Shown here one piece after another: positions 29,746-38,559 of a stretch of DNA of 64,000 nt. Numbering within the stretch: position 1 is the stretch's first letter; each line of letters begins with the position of its first letter. The notes beneath the pieces were generated by a model, which saw only the letters and a list, made by a program, of their open reading frames with translations, had not been told where the DNA came from and ran no database searches. Origin of the DNA: a virus; IMG/VR virus record IMGVR_UViG_3300009512_000010, positions 95,935-159,934 of that record. The stretch is one strand, 5' to 3'. Position numbers and translations under genes: made by a program.

Positions 29746-30849
29746 TTACAATGGGTACTTGTGGATAAGATATGGAATGCGGTTTTGTCTCTTAGAGAAG
29801 AACTGCACATCTGTATTTATCAGCTTCAAATCTGCGGTTAGATTGTCCATGTCAAAGTCATTCTGCAATACCTTGCGCACGATAGGAAACACATTCTTAA
29901 ACTCTGTGTATAGATCCATATATTCCCAACCATCTGCGTCACTATCTGCCTTAGATTGGTGAGCCGCAAGGAATGCAGTATCGTCTTTAACCAAGTTCCA
30001 CAACTCTTCTAGTTGATAGAAAGCGGCAGTATAGTTTCCAGCATTAGCCTTAGTAACATAACAGGATCTGATCCACGTAGTCTTGTTGGTTGCATATTCT
30101 GCATTACGTGATACATTGGCATTCATCCAATCGATGACTGCTAAAATATAAGCCAAGTAGTGGCGTCTTGATGTAAAGTGTTCCATCACATCTTGTGCCA
30201 TTGTGGATTGGTGTACTGTAAACTTCTCTTTGATTAGTAGTTGTACTGAATTATTTGTATAGTAATCGTTTAAGAAGAACAGTAGGTCATAACTGAAGTT
30301 CTTGCCATTCTGATAGATCACCGTATAAGGAGTTACTGCCCCACCACCTGAGTCTGTGGAGAATAGTGTGTCTACATGATTTGATACATCTAAAATAGTT
30401 TCATTGTCAAGCACCATAGTGAGCATAACATCCATAGAGAAGATCTTCTCAAGGAATGCTCCAACCATTGCATTAACGTTAGTAGACGAGTCATAGAAAC
30501 CAGATGCCGTAATAAGACCTGATGTGTAACGTGCAAAAACTGTGATCATATCTTCAACAGTAGAAAATAGAATGATAACCTTATCACTGTTTTGAATATA
30601 GTCGATATCATCTACATCAGCGTAATCCATATAACTAATCAAATCGTTAGCATTTGCTCTAATCGTATTAGCAATAGACTCATACTGAGCCGCCAATAAT
30701 TGATCACCATTAGATCGGTGTACAATCACGATGTTACGTGGGGTTGCTGTGTGATAATACGAGTTTAACTCGAAACACACTGTTCCCAAGTTGTTAATAG
30801 TTGAGATATACTTTGAGTTGTTTAAGTAATAGAGATTTTGACCGATCAT
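29746..30849 (-). CDS. Hypothetical protein within radical SAM operon
   Basis: 367-aa ORF tightly packed in the operon; no family recognised. Confidence 0.7.
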   Translation of the reverse strand: MIGQNLYYLNNSKYISTINNLGTVCFELNSYYHTATPRNIVIVHRSNGDQLLAAQYESIANTIRANANDLISYMDYADVDDIDYIQNSDKVIILFSTVEDMITVFARYTSGLITASGFYDSSTNVNAMVGAFLEKIFSMDVMLTMVLDNETILDVSNHVDTLFSTDSGGGAVTPYTVIYQNGKNFSYDLLFFLNDYYTNNSVQLLIKEKFTVHQSTMAQDVMEHFTSRRHYLAYILAVIDWMNANVSRNAEYATNKTTWIRSCYVTKANAGNYTAAFYQLEELWNLVKDDTAFLAAHQSKADSDADGWEYMDLYTEFKNVFPIVRKVLQNDFDMDNLTADLKLINTDVQFFSKRQNRIPYLIHKYPL

Positions 30850-30851
30850 GG

Positions 30852-32030
30852 TTACGCTCCGTCTTTCATTTTGTATTTAGTTGCATCATCATTCCATGTA
30901 AAGTCGAATGGATTATAGTGTTTCAATGTTTCTTTAGGTAATACACACCCATCAATATTGAGACTATCTTGAGCCTCGAATACCAATCTACTTGCACAAG
31001 CCATAGCAAACTGACAGTCTGCACAATCTTTTACCTTACTAGACTTATTTATACCCTTTGTAATCAGTTCGTTCTTACGTTGTAAGATCTCTTCGAATGT
31101 AAGTCCTGTTACGTCTAGGTTCTTATTAGTTATAAAGAACGCTTGTTCGTGAAGCATTACATTCAAGTGTGTCGTAGGTCCGTTCTCTCCTGGAACAATA
31201 GTAATGCCCACAAAGTTGATTGAGTTACAGTAGAGATTAGCCATAGACATAACAGTCTCACTAGCATTGTTCTCATCAATAACCGACTCAAGGAACTTAT
31301 TCCACGCAAACAAGTTGTTACGTTGAATGATTTGATTAGGTGCCCTAGCGAATGCAGGGTTCATTTCCATAATAGTGCCGAAGTCGTTTACAGAACGATC
31401 AATCAGCCTATTGTATTTCTCTTTGTCAATCTGCTTACCGACAACGTTAGAAGCCTGTAATGTCCAAGACCAATCCATCATCTTTGGAGTTTCGTTCTTA
31501 AAGAACTCTATTTTCTCCATAACTCTGTTATAGTAATCGTCATCATCCAACATCTCGTTAATACGACCAATCGGCATAATGAATTCGATAACCATGTCAC
31601 GTCTATACGCATCTAGGTCATCCAGAATAGCAAAGATCTCTCTGACCTTTTCCATTGAAGCATTGTCGAACTTAGCTGGAGACGCAATACGTGCATTAGT
31701 GTGTTCTCTCATTATAGCTTGAACAGTTGGGTTTGTCAATACTTCTTTTGTATTCTTAGCAGAAAATAGATCTGTAGGTCCGATAACAAACTCTCTTAGG
31801 TTACCACCCACACGTAATACACCATCAGCAAGTTCCTTAGCACGATCAATGATCTGTTGATTGCTTACAGGATCAATTGCTTTGTCAACGAAACATCCAA
31901 GACAGCCCTGTTCACATCCAGCCAGAACTTCCATCTGAATAAGAACATCGAACTTTGTTGCATCAGATGGTGCCAGACTTTCGGGTCCTGAGTATCTCAT
32001 CTGCTTACAATATGATTGTTGCATTGTCAT
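30852..32030 (-). CDS. Radical SAM-like protein, IGPTD family paralogue 1
   Basis: GCEQGCLGCFV, VIGPTDLFS, CADCQFAMAC...GCV; start MTMQQSY at 32030 with GAGGA SD, 1 nt after the upstream stop (the track gives 32123). Confidence 0.8.
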   Translation of the reverse strand: MTMQQSYCKQMRYSGPESLAPSDATKFDVLIQMEVLAGCEQGCLGCFVDKAIDPVSNQQIIDRAKELADGVLRVGGNLREFVIGPTDLFSAKNTKEVLTNPTVQAIMREHTNARIASPAKFDNASMEKVREIFAILDDLDAYRRDMVIEFIMPIGRINEMLDDDDYYNRVMEKIEFFKNETPKMMDWSWTLQASNVVGKQIDKEKYNRLIDRSVNDFGTIMEMNPAFARAPNQIIQRNNLFAWNKFLESVIDENNASETVMSMANLYCNSINFVGITIVPGENGPTTHLNVMLHEQAFFITNKNLDVTGLTFEEILQRKNELITKGINKSSKVKDCADCQFAMACASRLVFEAQDSLNIDGCVLPKETLKHYNPFDFTWNDDATKYKMKDGA

Positions 32031-32031
32031 G

Positions 32032-32418
32032 TTATCGTCTTCCTCTTGATGTATGACAGCTGGTGTGACAGCTTGAATGGCATAATACTGCTGAGATAGA
32101 TCTGTTAGTAAGTCTATCTTCAATGAGGTCTACGGTTCTTCGCACTCCGTCCTCTAATGTGTCTACGATGTCTTGTGAATATATCCTACTACCTGCGGAG
32201 ACTCCAGCATCAATATAGTTATCAAATAGAGAGTCAGCCGCACCTGTATATTCGAACCTATGTGTCGTAGTATTAGATCCTGTTCCACCCATAGCAGTGG
32301 GATTGTTATTCTGATATGCTGTAGTTGTTATAGTAATAGTTTTGTCAAACGTTCTTAACTTACCACCTGCGTAAGTTTGCATGTAGCTATCTATACTATC
32401 TCTGGTTAAATTGCCCAT
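32032..32418 (-). CDS. Cys-His-Xaa-Ser repeat protein B (candidate radical SAM substrate/precursor)
   Basis: 128 aa ending LCHSSCHTSCHTSRGRR; paralogue of 32418..32804; immediately upstream of the radical SAM operon. Confidence 0.75.
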   Translation of the reverse strand: MGNLTRDSIDSYMQTYAGGKLRTFDKTITITTTAYQNNNPTAMGGTGSNTTTHRFEYTGAADSLFDNYIDAGVSAGSRIYSQDIVDTLEDGVRRTVDLIEDRLTNRSISAVLCHSSCHTSCHTSRGRR

Positions 32419-32804
32419 TATCTACGACCTCTTGATGTGTGACAACTAGTGTGACAAGAGCTATGACATAACAATGCTGAAATGGATCTGTCAGTGATAC
32501 GAGATTCAACCTGATCTACTGTTCTTTGCATAACACTATTAATTGAGTCGATAACATCTTGACTGTACATTCGACTTCCTGTGTATATTCCACCATCCAA
32601 ATCGTTATTATAAGTTGAGTCAGCCGCACCTGTATATTCAAAGCGTTGGTTAAAGCCAGCCGAGCTTTGCGGTCCCGCTTGAGTCTGCGACACTGTTTGT
32701 AATGTATATGCAGTTACAGTAAACGTCATCGTTTTATCAAACGTCCTTAACTGGCTTCCAGCCTGTGCCTGTAAACTAGTGTTATTTTGTGCATAGGTTG
32801 GCAT
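32418..32804 (-). CDS. Cys-His-Xaa-Ser repeat protein A (candidate radical SAM substrate/precursor)
   Basis: 128 aa ending LCHSSCHTSCHTSRGRR; shares LRTFDKT, RFEYTGAADS, GSR.YSQD, RTVD and RSISA with B. Confidence 0.75.
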   Translation of the reverse strand: MPTYAQNNTSLQAQAGSQLRTFDKTMTFTVTAYTLQTVSQTQAGPQSSAGFNQRFEYTGAADSTYNNDLDGGIYTGSRMYSQDVIDSINSVMQRTVDQVESRITDRSISALLCHSSCHTSCHTSRGRR

Positions 32805-33878
32805 TTATACTTTAACCTCAACTAGCCCTTCACCATCCTCTAGTGCCACACCCACAAAGTTCAAGAAGTTCATGCGCATTGCGGCAGTCGTATCAGCTGG
32901 AAGTGCTTTACATTTACCATTATCATCTGCTACTATATAGTCGCCTTTTTGAGCAGTACCATTTATCTTACAAGGGATACGTCCTTTAAGCGCAATGAAA
33001 GGCCATAGAGGATCCTCCATGTTATCTTCATTAACGTTCATTCGAACACCCGGACGTGTAGAGATAATGCCAGCGATAGCCATACCCTTTTTGTATAGAG
33101 TTACCTCTTTTTCGCCACCAACAGCCAACAGATCTCCATGTTCATATCCTCTATCGGCTAAATATTTCTCCGCTAAATCCGACCAGTTTGCAGACGTTGC
33201 TGTACCATTAAATGTACCATCATTAGCAATATATGATGTATCTGTACCATTTCTTCTAAACTGAACAATTCTGTCTGATGATTCGTCTGCAACAATATAC
33301 CATCTATTTGAGTGGTACTGAATTTTACCTTTTGTGCCCGGATCACCTGTCCAGTTAGATGACGCATTGGAGAAAAGACCACCGTTGGTGATATCAAGGT
33401 TACCACCACCGAACTGACCAATCTCACCTTTTTGTCCTTTAGATCCTGTGGCTCCAACTTCTCCCTTTTGTCCTTTTGCTCCAGTTACACCAACTTCGCC
33501 TTTTTGACCTTTTGCTCCAGTTACACCAACTTCGCCTTTTTGACCTTTTTGACCTTTTTCACCAGTAAGTCCAACTTCGCCCTTTTGTCCTTTTTGACCC
33601 TTATCTCCAGTAAGTCCAACTTCACCTTTTTGACCCTTTTGACCTTTAACGCCAACTTCGCCTTTTTGTCCGATCTCGCCTTTTTGACCTTTTGCGCCAG
33701 TGTCTCCAGTCTGTCCTTTTTGTCCTTTTTCGCCCTTTTGTCCCTTTGGGCCAGTTGGAGCATCGGTAAAGGTAGTGGCTCTCCACACACCTTTTGCACT
33801 TTCAAATGTCCACGTGACATTGTTAGCGGTGTGGGTTGCGCCATTCGATGGCGATGATGGGAAATTAATTGCCGCCAT
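32805..33878 (-). CDS. Collagen-like fibre protein with C-terminal chaperone/peptidase G2-like domain
   Basis: N-terminal INFPSSPSNG...WTF module, about 38 Gly-X-Y triplets, C-terminal SDLAEKY...GIISTRPG..MN...ALKGRIPCK...KGDYIV. Confidence 0.8.
   Translation of the reverse strand: MAAINFPSSPSNGATHTANNVTWTFESAKGVWRATTFTDAPTGPKGQKGEKGQKGQTGDTGAKGQKGEIGQKGEVGVKGQKGQKGEVGLTGDKGQKGQKGEVGLTGEKGQKGQKGEVGVTGAKGQKGEVGVTGAKGQKGEVGATGSKGQKGEIGQFGGGNLDITNGGLFSNASSNWTGDPGTKGKIQYHSNRWYIVADESSDRIVQFRRNGTDTSYIANDGTFNGTATSANWSDLAEKYLADRGYEHGDLLAVGGEKEVTLYKKGMAIAGIISTRPGVRMNVNEDNMEDPLWPFIALKGRIPCKINGTAQKGDYIVADDNGKCKALPADTTAAMRMNFLNFVGVALEDGEGLVEVKV
33411..33752 (-). repeat. Gly-X-Y collagen repeat, Lys-rich and Pro-poor
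   Basis: By manual count 22 of 38 triplets are G-X-K (mostly GQK), with a single Pro. Confidence 0.95.
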
Positions 33879-33881
33879 GGA

Positions 33882-35582
33882 TTATGCGCCTCCTGCGCCA
33901 TATAGAGTTTTCAATGCAGTTCCACCTGAGTTGTAAATAACAAAGGATACGACAGATTTTAATTCATTTGAGCCAACAGCATCATCTGCAAGCTTATCTT
34001 GTATTACGGAATTATTTGCTAAATGTTCTGAATCTATGGAATACGCCGCATAGTGTTCGGAGTTAATTGTATCATCAGCAATCTTAGCACCAGTTACGGC
34101 ATCATTAGCAAGTTTAGCTGTAGAAATAGCACCATCAGAAACAACCGAATTATTAAATTGCACCCATTGACTAGATGTACCATCATCGTAGTAGATATAT
34201 AGGGATCCTGTTTCATCGTCCCACCACAAGTCACCGTCTACTGCACTACCTGGTGCTGTGGTGTTTGTAATGGCTTCGTTGCCTTCACCCTTTTGGCCTT
34301 GAGTACCAGTTCCACCCTTTTGACCAACTTCACCCTTTTGGCCTTTGTCACCAGTTTGACCCTTTTGGCCCTTAGTACCAGACGCACCGTTACCATCAGC
34401 ACCAATCTCGCCTTTTTGACCCTTTTGACCCTTGCTTCCAGTTTCGCCCTTTTGACCCTTAGCTCCGTTAGTTCCAGCTTCGCCTTTTTGACCCTTGTCT
34501 CCAGCACCACCAGTAGAACCCTTTACGCCAACTTCACCTTTTTGGCCTTTTGATCCGTTAGCTCCACCTTCGCCTTTTTGACCCTTGGCTCCATCACCAC
34601 CTGCACCACCAGTCTGTCCCTTTTGGCCTTTTTGACCTGCGAGACCTGCGTTGGTAATAGTATGCTTTTCCCATGTGCCAGCGGACACATCGAATACAGG
34701 AATAATATCAGTTCCTACCGCATCAGTACCTGTTGTGAATGCTGTTAAAGCAGATCCAACATTAGCCGCATCTGTGACATCGGCATTAGCTTCCACATTG
34801 TCTAGCTTACCACCGTCCGTCGAAACATCTCTTCCATCAACAGTACCTGTTACAGTAATGTTTCTAATGCCAGAAATGTCACCGCTATCATCTTTCGAGA
34901 TAACCGTACCAGATGTTGGCAAAGTAAGTGCAGTTGTTCCGCCTGTAGTAAGTGTCGTTGCATACGCACCTGATGTCGTAAACGAACCACCGAATGCTAG
35001 GTTGCCCAATGCACTTAATGTTCTATTGGCATTGCCAACATCGAAAGTTAGTGTTCTATCAGCACTTGCATTTACAGAACTGTTAGCGGCAAGTATTAGT
35101 TCATATGAAGCAACAGTATTATCTCTAAGAGAGAATGTGCTAATATCTGTAATAGATCCGCCAATTGCACCAACACCAGTAATGCTTGGTGTTGTAAGTG
35201 TCTTGTTAGTAAAAGTTTCTGTACCAGTAAGTGTTGCAAAGGAATTGCCGCCACTGAGTGCGGCGTTCCACTGACCAATAGTACCAGTCAGTGAGTTGTT
35301 TGTTAGGTTAATACTTTTGTTAGTAAGAGTTTGAGTGCCACTTAATGTAGCCGCAACTGCCGAGTCTAATCTTAGTAAGACATCAGCATCGTTAGTTCCT
35401 GAGTTAAGTACAGTAATGCCAGCATTAGACCCTTTGGGGCCAATGGTGCCAACGAAGTCACCCATCGTGCCAGAGTCCATAGCAATGTTAGTGTCTCTGA
35501 TAATAGCAGTAACTGCCGCAGAGTCAACGAGTGCCTGTAGACCTAGACTGATGTTTAGATGATCACTTAGTTTAACAACCAT
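33882..35582 (-). CDS. Collagen-like fibre protein
   Basis: TLTNKT fibre motifs, about 40 Gly-X-Y triplets, GDLWWD...LYIYYDDG.SSQWV module, AVT..KIADD repeats. Confidence 0.8.
   Translation of the reverse strand: MVVKLSDHLNISLGLQALVDSAAVTAIIRDTNIAMDSGTMGDFVGTIGPKGSNAGITVLNSGTNDADVLLRLDSAVAATLSGTQTLTNKSINLTNNSLTGTIGQWNAALSGGNSFATLTGTETFTNKTLTTPSITGVGAIGGSITDISTFSLRDNTVASYELILAANSSVNASADRTLTFDVGNANRTLSALGNLAFGGSFTTSGAYATTLTTGGTTALTLPTSGTVISKDDSGDISGIRNITVTGTVDGRDVSTDGGKLDNVEANADVTDAANVGSALTAFTTGTDAVGTDIIPVFDVSAGTWEKHTITNAGLAGQKGQKGQTGGAGGDGAKGQKGEGGANGSKGQKGEVGVKGSTGGAGDKGQKGEAGTNGAKGQKGETGSKGQKGQKGEIGADGNGASGTKGQKGQTGDKGQKGEVGQKGGTGTQGQKGEGNEAITNTTAPGSAVDGDLWWDDETGSLYIYYDDGTSSQWVQFNNSVVSDGAISTAKLANDAVTGAKIADDTINSEHYAAYSIDSEHLANNSVIQDKLADDAVGSNELKSVVSFVIYNSGGTALKTLYGAGGA
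34281..34646 (-). repeat. Gly-X-Y collagen repeat, Lys-rich and Pro-free
   Basis: About 40 triplets with one interruption; about 20 are G-X-K. Confidence 0.95.
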
Positions 35583-35599
35583 TAGTTCTTATTCCCTTA

Positions 35600-38548
35600 T
35601 TAAGCCTGTGCTTCTGACCAGCGAAGCTGAATAGACGCTTTAACATCACCCGATAGACAGAAAGCATTAACTGCTAGAATGTCAGGACCATCAGGGAATT
35701 TATAGTCTCCCCCAAGAGGAGCACCCGATAGTTCTTTCAAGTCTCCAAGTTCTAGTGTTGACACAACTGAATCTGATCTTGATGTACCAGCAACGAATGA
35801 GAAAACACGTTCTCCTGGTAGCGCATAAGATCCAGTAGACCATGTGATAGTACCTTTGTTTGCAACTTGAGCAAAGCTAGGCTGTCCACCCTCTGCCGAT
35901 CCTGATAGACCTTTCCATGTAGCGTCCGAGAAGTTCTTAGGATTAATGATCCCTTGAATATGAACCTCACCCGAAGAAGATGACCCACGACCACACACAA
36001 CAGAACATTGCTTGAGGAGTAGCTGTGATCTATTGAGAAGATCCTTAGCCCCAAGTCTGCCCACTGAGGAGTTAGACACAGAAGGTGCAAGTCTAATTAC
36101 AAACGATGTAATTGGAGTTGTCTGAATTTGGTCTGAACCAGAGTTATGTGAGTTAGAGTAGTTAAAGATATAACCACGGTCAAAGTCAAAGTCTCCATCA
36201 ATAACTAGGGCAGAACCCCAGTGAGATAGAGTTGGCGAACAAGTGTTTGAGATCTCAATAATACCTGTCTTGTTAGCATGAGTAGCCGCCGAACCAGCAG
36301 TAAGGTTATTCGTTGTACCTTGCTGATATTGTGTTAGTGTTGCGGATCTTGTACACCCTGTAAAGTTTCCAGGACCTGTTGTCACTGATCTACCTGTATA
36401 GTTGATAATCTCGTTATCAATCATAATAGTACCAGAATCATCAAACTCGCCAAGTTCTAAAGCCCCAATGGTAGTGGTAGAGGCGTTGATCGTAGCAGTC
36501 AAGCTAGTGGTAGGCGAGTCATTCTCAATAGAATATCTCACTGGAAGGTTACCAGATCTCATAAATGCTTCGTTATTGACGTTGTTGTTCTTCATTCTAT
36601 GAACCATAGTCCAATGACCATCAGGTCCTCTGATCATGAAGTCGATGAATCCAGCACCATACCATGAGTATTGGAAACCAACCATCTGCATCTTATTAAC
36701 ATCTAGAGTGTGTAGTGATGGGTTGTGGATACCTGTTCCATTCATTCGATCCAAGTTCCAACGGTTTTGCGGAACTTTGTGATCAGTAATCATATTACCC
36801 TTAATACCCCCAGCAGTGATGCCACGATAATCGGGAGTAATATACATAGTAGTATCAGAGGTAACTTGAGTAACAAAGTGGATCATACCACGAATAGCGA
36901 TCCTGTCGCCAGCTTTACACTGTTCTGTAAGTCTTGTGCTTAAACCTGTAACTTCACTGTTGTTGTTCGTCACACTAATCGTACCAGTGATCTGTTGGGT
37001 TGATGTGCGCTTACAACAGTAAACTTGTTTACCATCAAACTCATAGAAAATTCCGTTAACATCATCAAACATACCTGCACGAACCGCAGATCCACGCCAC
37101 TCAGTAACATACATTGTACATACACGTTTAAGAACTGGATCTGTAGCACCTAATGTTTGAGTAGCCGCAACTCTATAGACATAGTCATCTACGATAGAGT
37201 CAACTACATATGTTCCTTCATATCCAGATGTCTCAATACCCTCAAGACGAACCTTAGCTCCGGGCTGTAGTCCATGGTCAATCTCATCAGTACCGATTGT
37301 AATCAATGACCCTACTGTAGTACCAGCCGCAGAAATGCTTCTTACGTCATAGTTTGGTGCTAAGAGAGTACCTGTTGAGAACAAGAAGCCCTTACCAGAC
37401 TGATAGCGGAAATAACGTTTACTAACACGAACAACCGAAGCCGCATATGTCGGTGTCTTAGTCTGTAGAATAACACCACCATCTGATGGTCTGTGTAGAA
37501 TTGTAGCGTTAGAAAGAGCATACAGTGTAATGTTTGATGGGTTTGCAACAACTGCCCCAGTACGTGCAGTGTATGTTATTGAAGTAAGACTTGGGGTTGA
37601 CTTGATAAAGAACGGACCAGAAGCCTCTTCTTTATTAGTACCACTTGCCGCAATAGCGTGAATATTTGTTCCTGGAATAAGTCCGTGTGGATTGGCAAAG
37701 TTTAGAGTTATAATACTTGGGTTTGCGCCATTTGATGATGCCGAAGTAACTGGAATAGATGCACCTGCGTAAATACCACCAACTCTTGTTAATGTTTCTT
37801 CTGTGTGTAACGATTGACCGTTTGATGTACCAACAATACCACGTGCATAGTATTTAAGCTTTGTACTGTTAACAATTGTTTCCACAATGAATGAACCATC
37901 ACCACGAGAGAAACCAGCCACCGCAGAATTTAAGCCAGTTACGTTAACAACACTACCAACAGCAAGTTCGTGAGCGGATCCAAAGGTAACTGTAATTAAC
38001 GAGTTCGAAGACGAACCTGTATTATAGTCTGTCGTAACTGCCGTTGTTGCAATATCAATACCTTCGTTCTGATACACAGAAGGATACCCCTTAACAGTAC
38101 CATATCCAGCCCATTTAGTAGGCTGTAGTCCGTACTCAAAGTCGGCATCAATCATTGATTCTGGAAGAGATACACGCATACGTTCGATAGCGTCTGTGCC
38201 AAATGCATACGGTCTTACGACCACATCACCCTGTGGATCTTCTACAAAGATTTGTAGCGCATCCGTTGCCGCCATACCCGCACTACTTTTGGCTAAAGTA
38301 ATGACTGTATAGCCATTCTCTCTTTCCATGATGTGGGGCCAATGTCCAGAAGCCCCTGTGTTCTGCGAGTTGATCGTGGTTGTTGTTCCTGCATAGTCTG
38401 TGCTTGCGAAGTTGTAAAGAACTACGTTGTCTGTGACGTTTGTGATAATTAGAATTTGATCTAAAGCGTATGTACCCGCAATTTCGACGGTGCCTGCACC
38501 ACCATTGCCTGGAGTAAATACATAATCACGTATAAGTTGTTTTCCCAT
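35600..38548 (-). CDS. Large virion structural protein
   Basis: 982 aa; RMRVSLPESMIDADFEYGLQPTKW, YFRYQSGKG and YSWYGAG motifs typical of marine T4-like structural proteins. Confidence 0.7.
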   Translation of the reverse strand: MGKQLIRDYVFTPGNGGAGTVEIAGTYALDQILIITNVTDNVVLYNFASTDYAGTTTTINSQNTGASGHWPHIMERENGYTVITLAKSSAGMAATDALQIFVEDPQGDVVVRPYAFGTDAIERMRVSLPESMIDADFEYGLQPTKWAGYGTVKGYPSVYQNEGIDIATTAVTTDYNTGSSSNSLITVTFGSAHELAVGSVVNVTGLNSAVAGFSRGDGSFIVETIVNSTKLKYYARGIVGTSNGQSLHTEETLTRVGGIYAGASIPVTSASSNGANPSIITLNFANPHGLIPGTNIHAIAASGTNKEEASGPFFIKSTPSLTSITYTARTGAVVANPSNITLYALSNATILHRPSDGGVILQTKTPTYAASVVRVSKRYFRYQSGKGFLFSTGTLLAPNYDVRSISAAGTTVGSLITIGTDEIDHGLQPGAKVRLEGIETSGYEGTYVVDSIVDDYVYRVAATQTLGATDPVLKRVCTMYVTEWRGSAVRAGMFDDVNGIFYEFDGKQVYCCKRTSTQQITGTISVTNNNSEVTGLSTRLTEQCKAGDRIAIRGMIHFVTQVTSDTTMYITPDYRGITAGGIKGNMITDHKVPQNRWNLDRMNGTGIHNPSLHTLDVNKMQMVGFQYSWYGAGFIDFMIRGPDGHWTMVHRMKNNNVNNEAFMRSGNLPVRYSIENDSPTTSLTATINASTTTIGALELGEFDDSGTIMIDNEIINYTGRSVTTGPGNFTGCTRSATLTQYQQGTTNNLTAGSAATHANKTGIIEISNTCSPTLSHWGSALVIDGDFDFDRGYIFNYSNSHNSGSDQIQTTPITSFVIRLAPSVSNSSVGRLGAKDLLNRSQLLLKQCSVVCGRGSSSSGEVHIQGIINPKNFSDATWKGLSGSAEGGQPSFAQVANKGTITWSTGSYALPGERVFSFVAGTSRSDSVVSTLELGDLKELSGAPLGGDYKFPDGPDILAVNAFCLSGDVKASIQLRWSEAQA

Positions 38549-38559
38549 TGTCTATCCTA

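Noticed and set aside
20324-32030. Assignment to known radical SAM enzymes (NrdG, MoaA, QueE, PqqE, anaerobic sulfatase maturase)
   Set aside because: Their partner genes and family-specific motifs are not visible; only the superfamily-level call is supportable.
32032-32804. Canonical c-type cytochrome or exported bacteriocin
   Set aside because: The spacing is CxxxCH rather than CxxCH, and there is no signal peptide, clear double-glycine cleavage site before the core, transporter or peptidase.
33173-34553. Alternative-frame repetitive ORFs (KVKKAKL and FAFLT repeats) and DNA-level tandem repeats
   Set aside because: They are by-products of the Gly-X-Lys codon repeats. There are no spacers or constant direct repeats, so this is not a CRISPR array.
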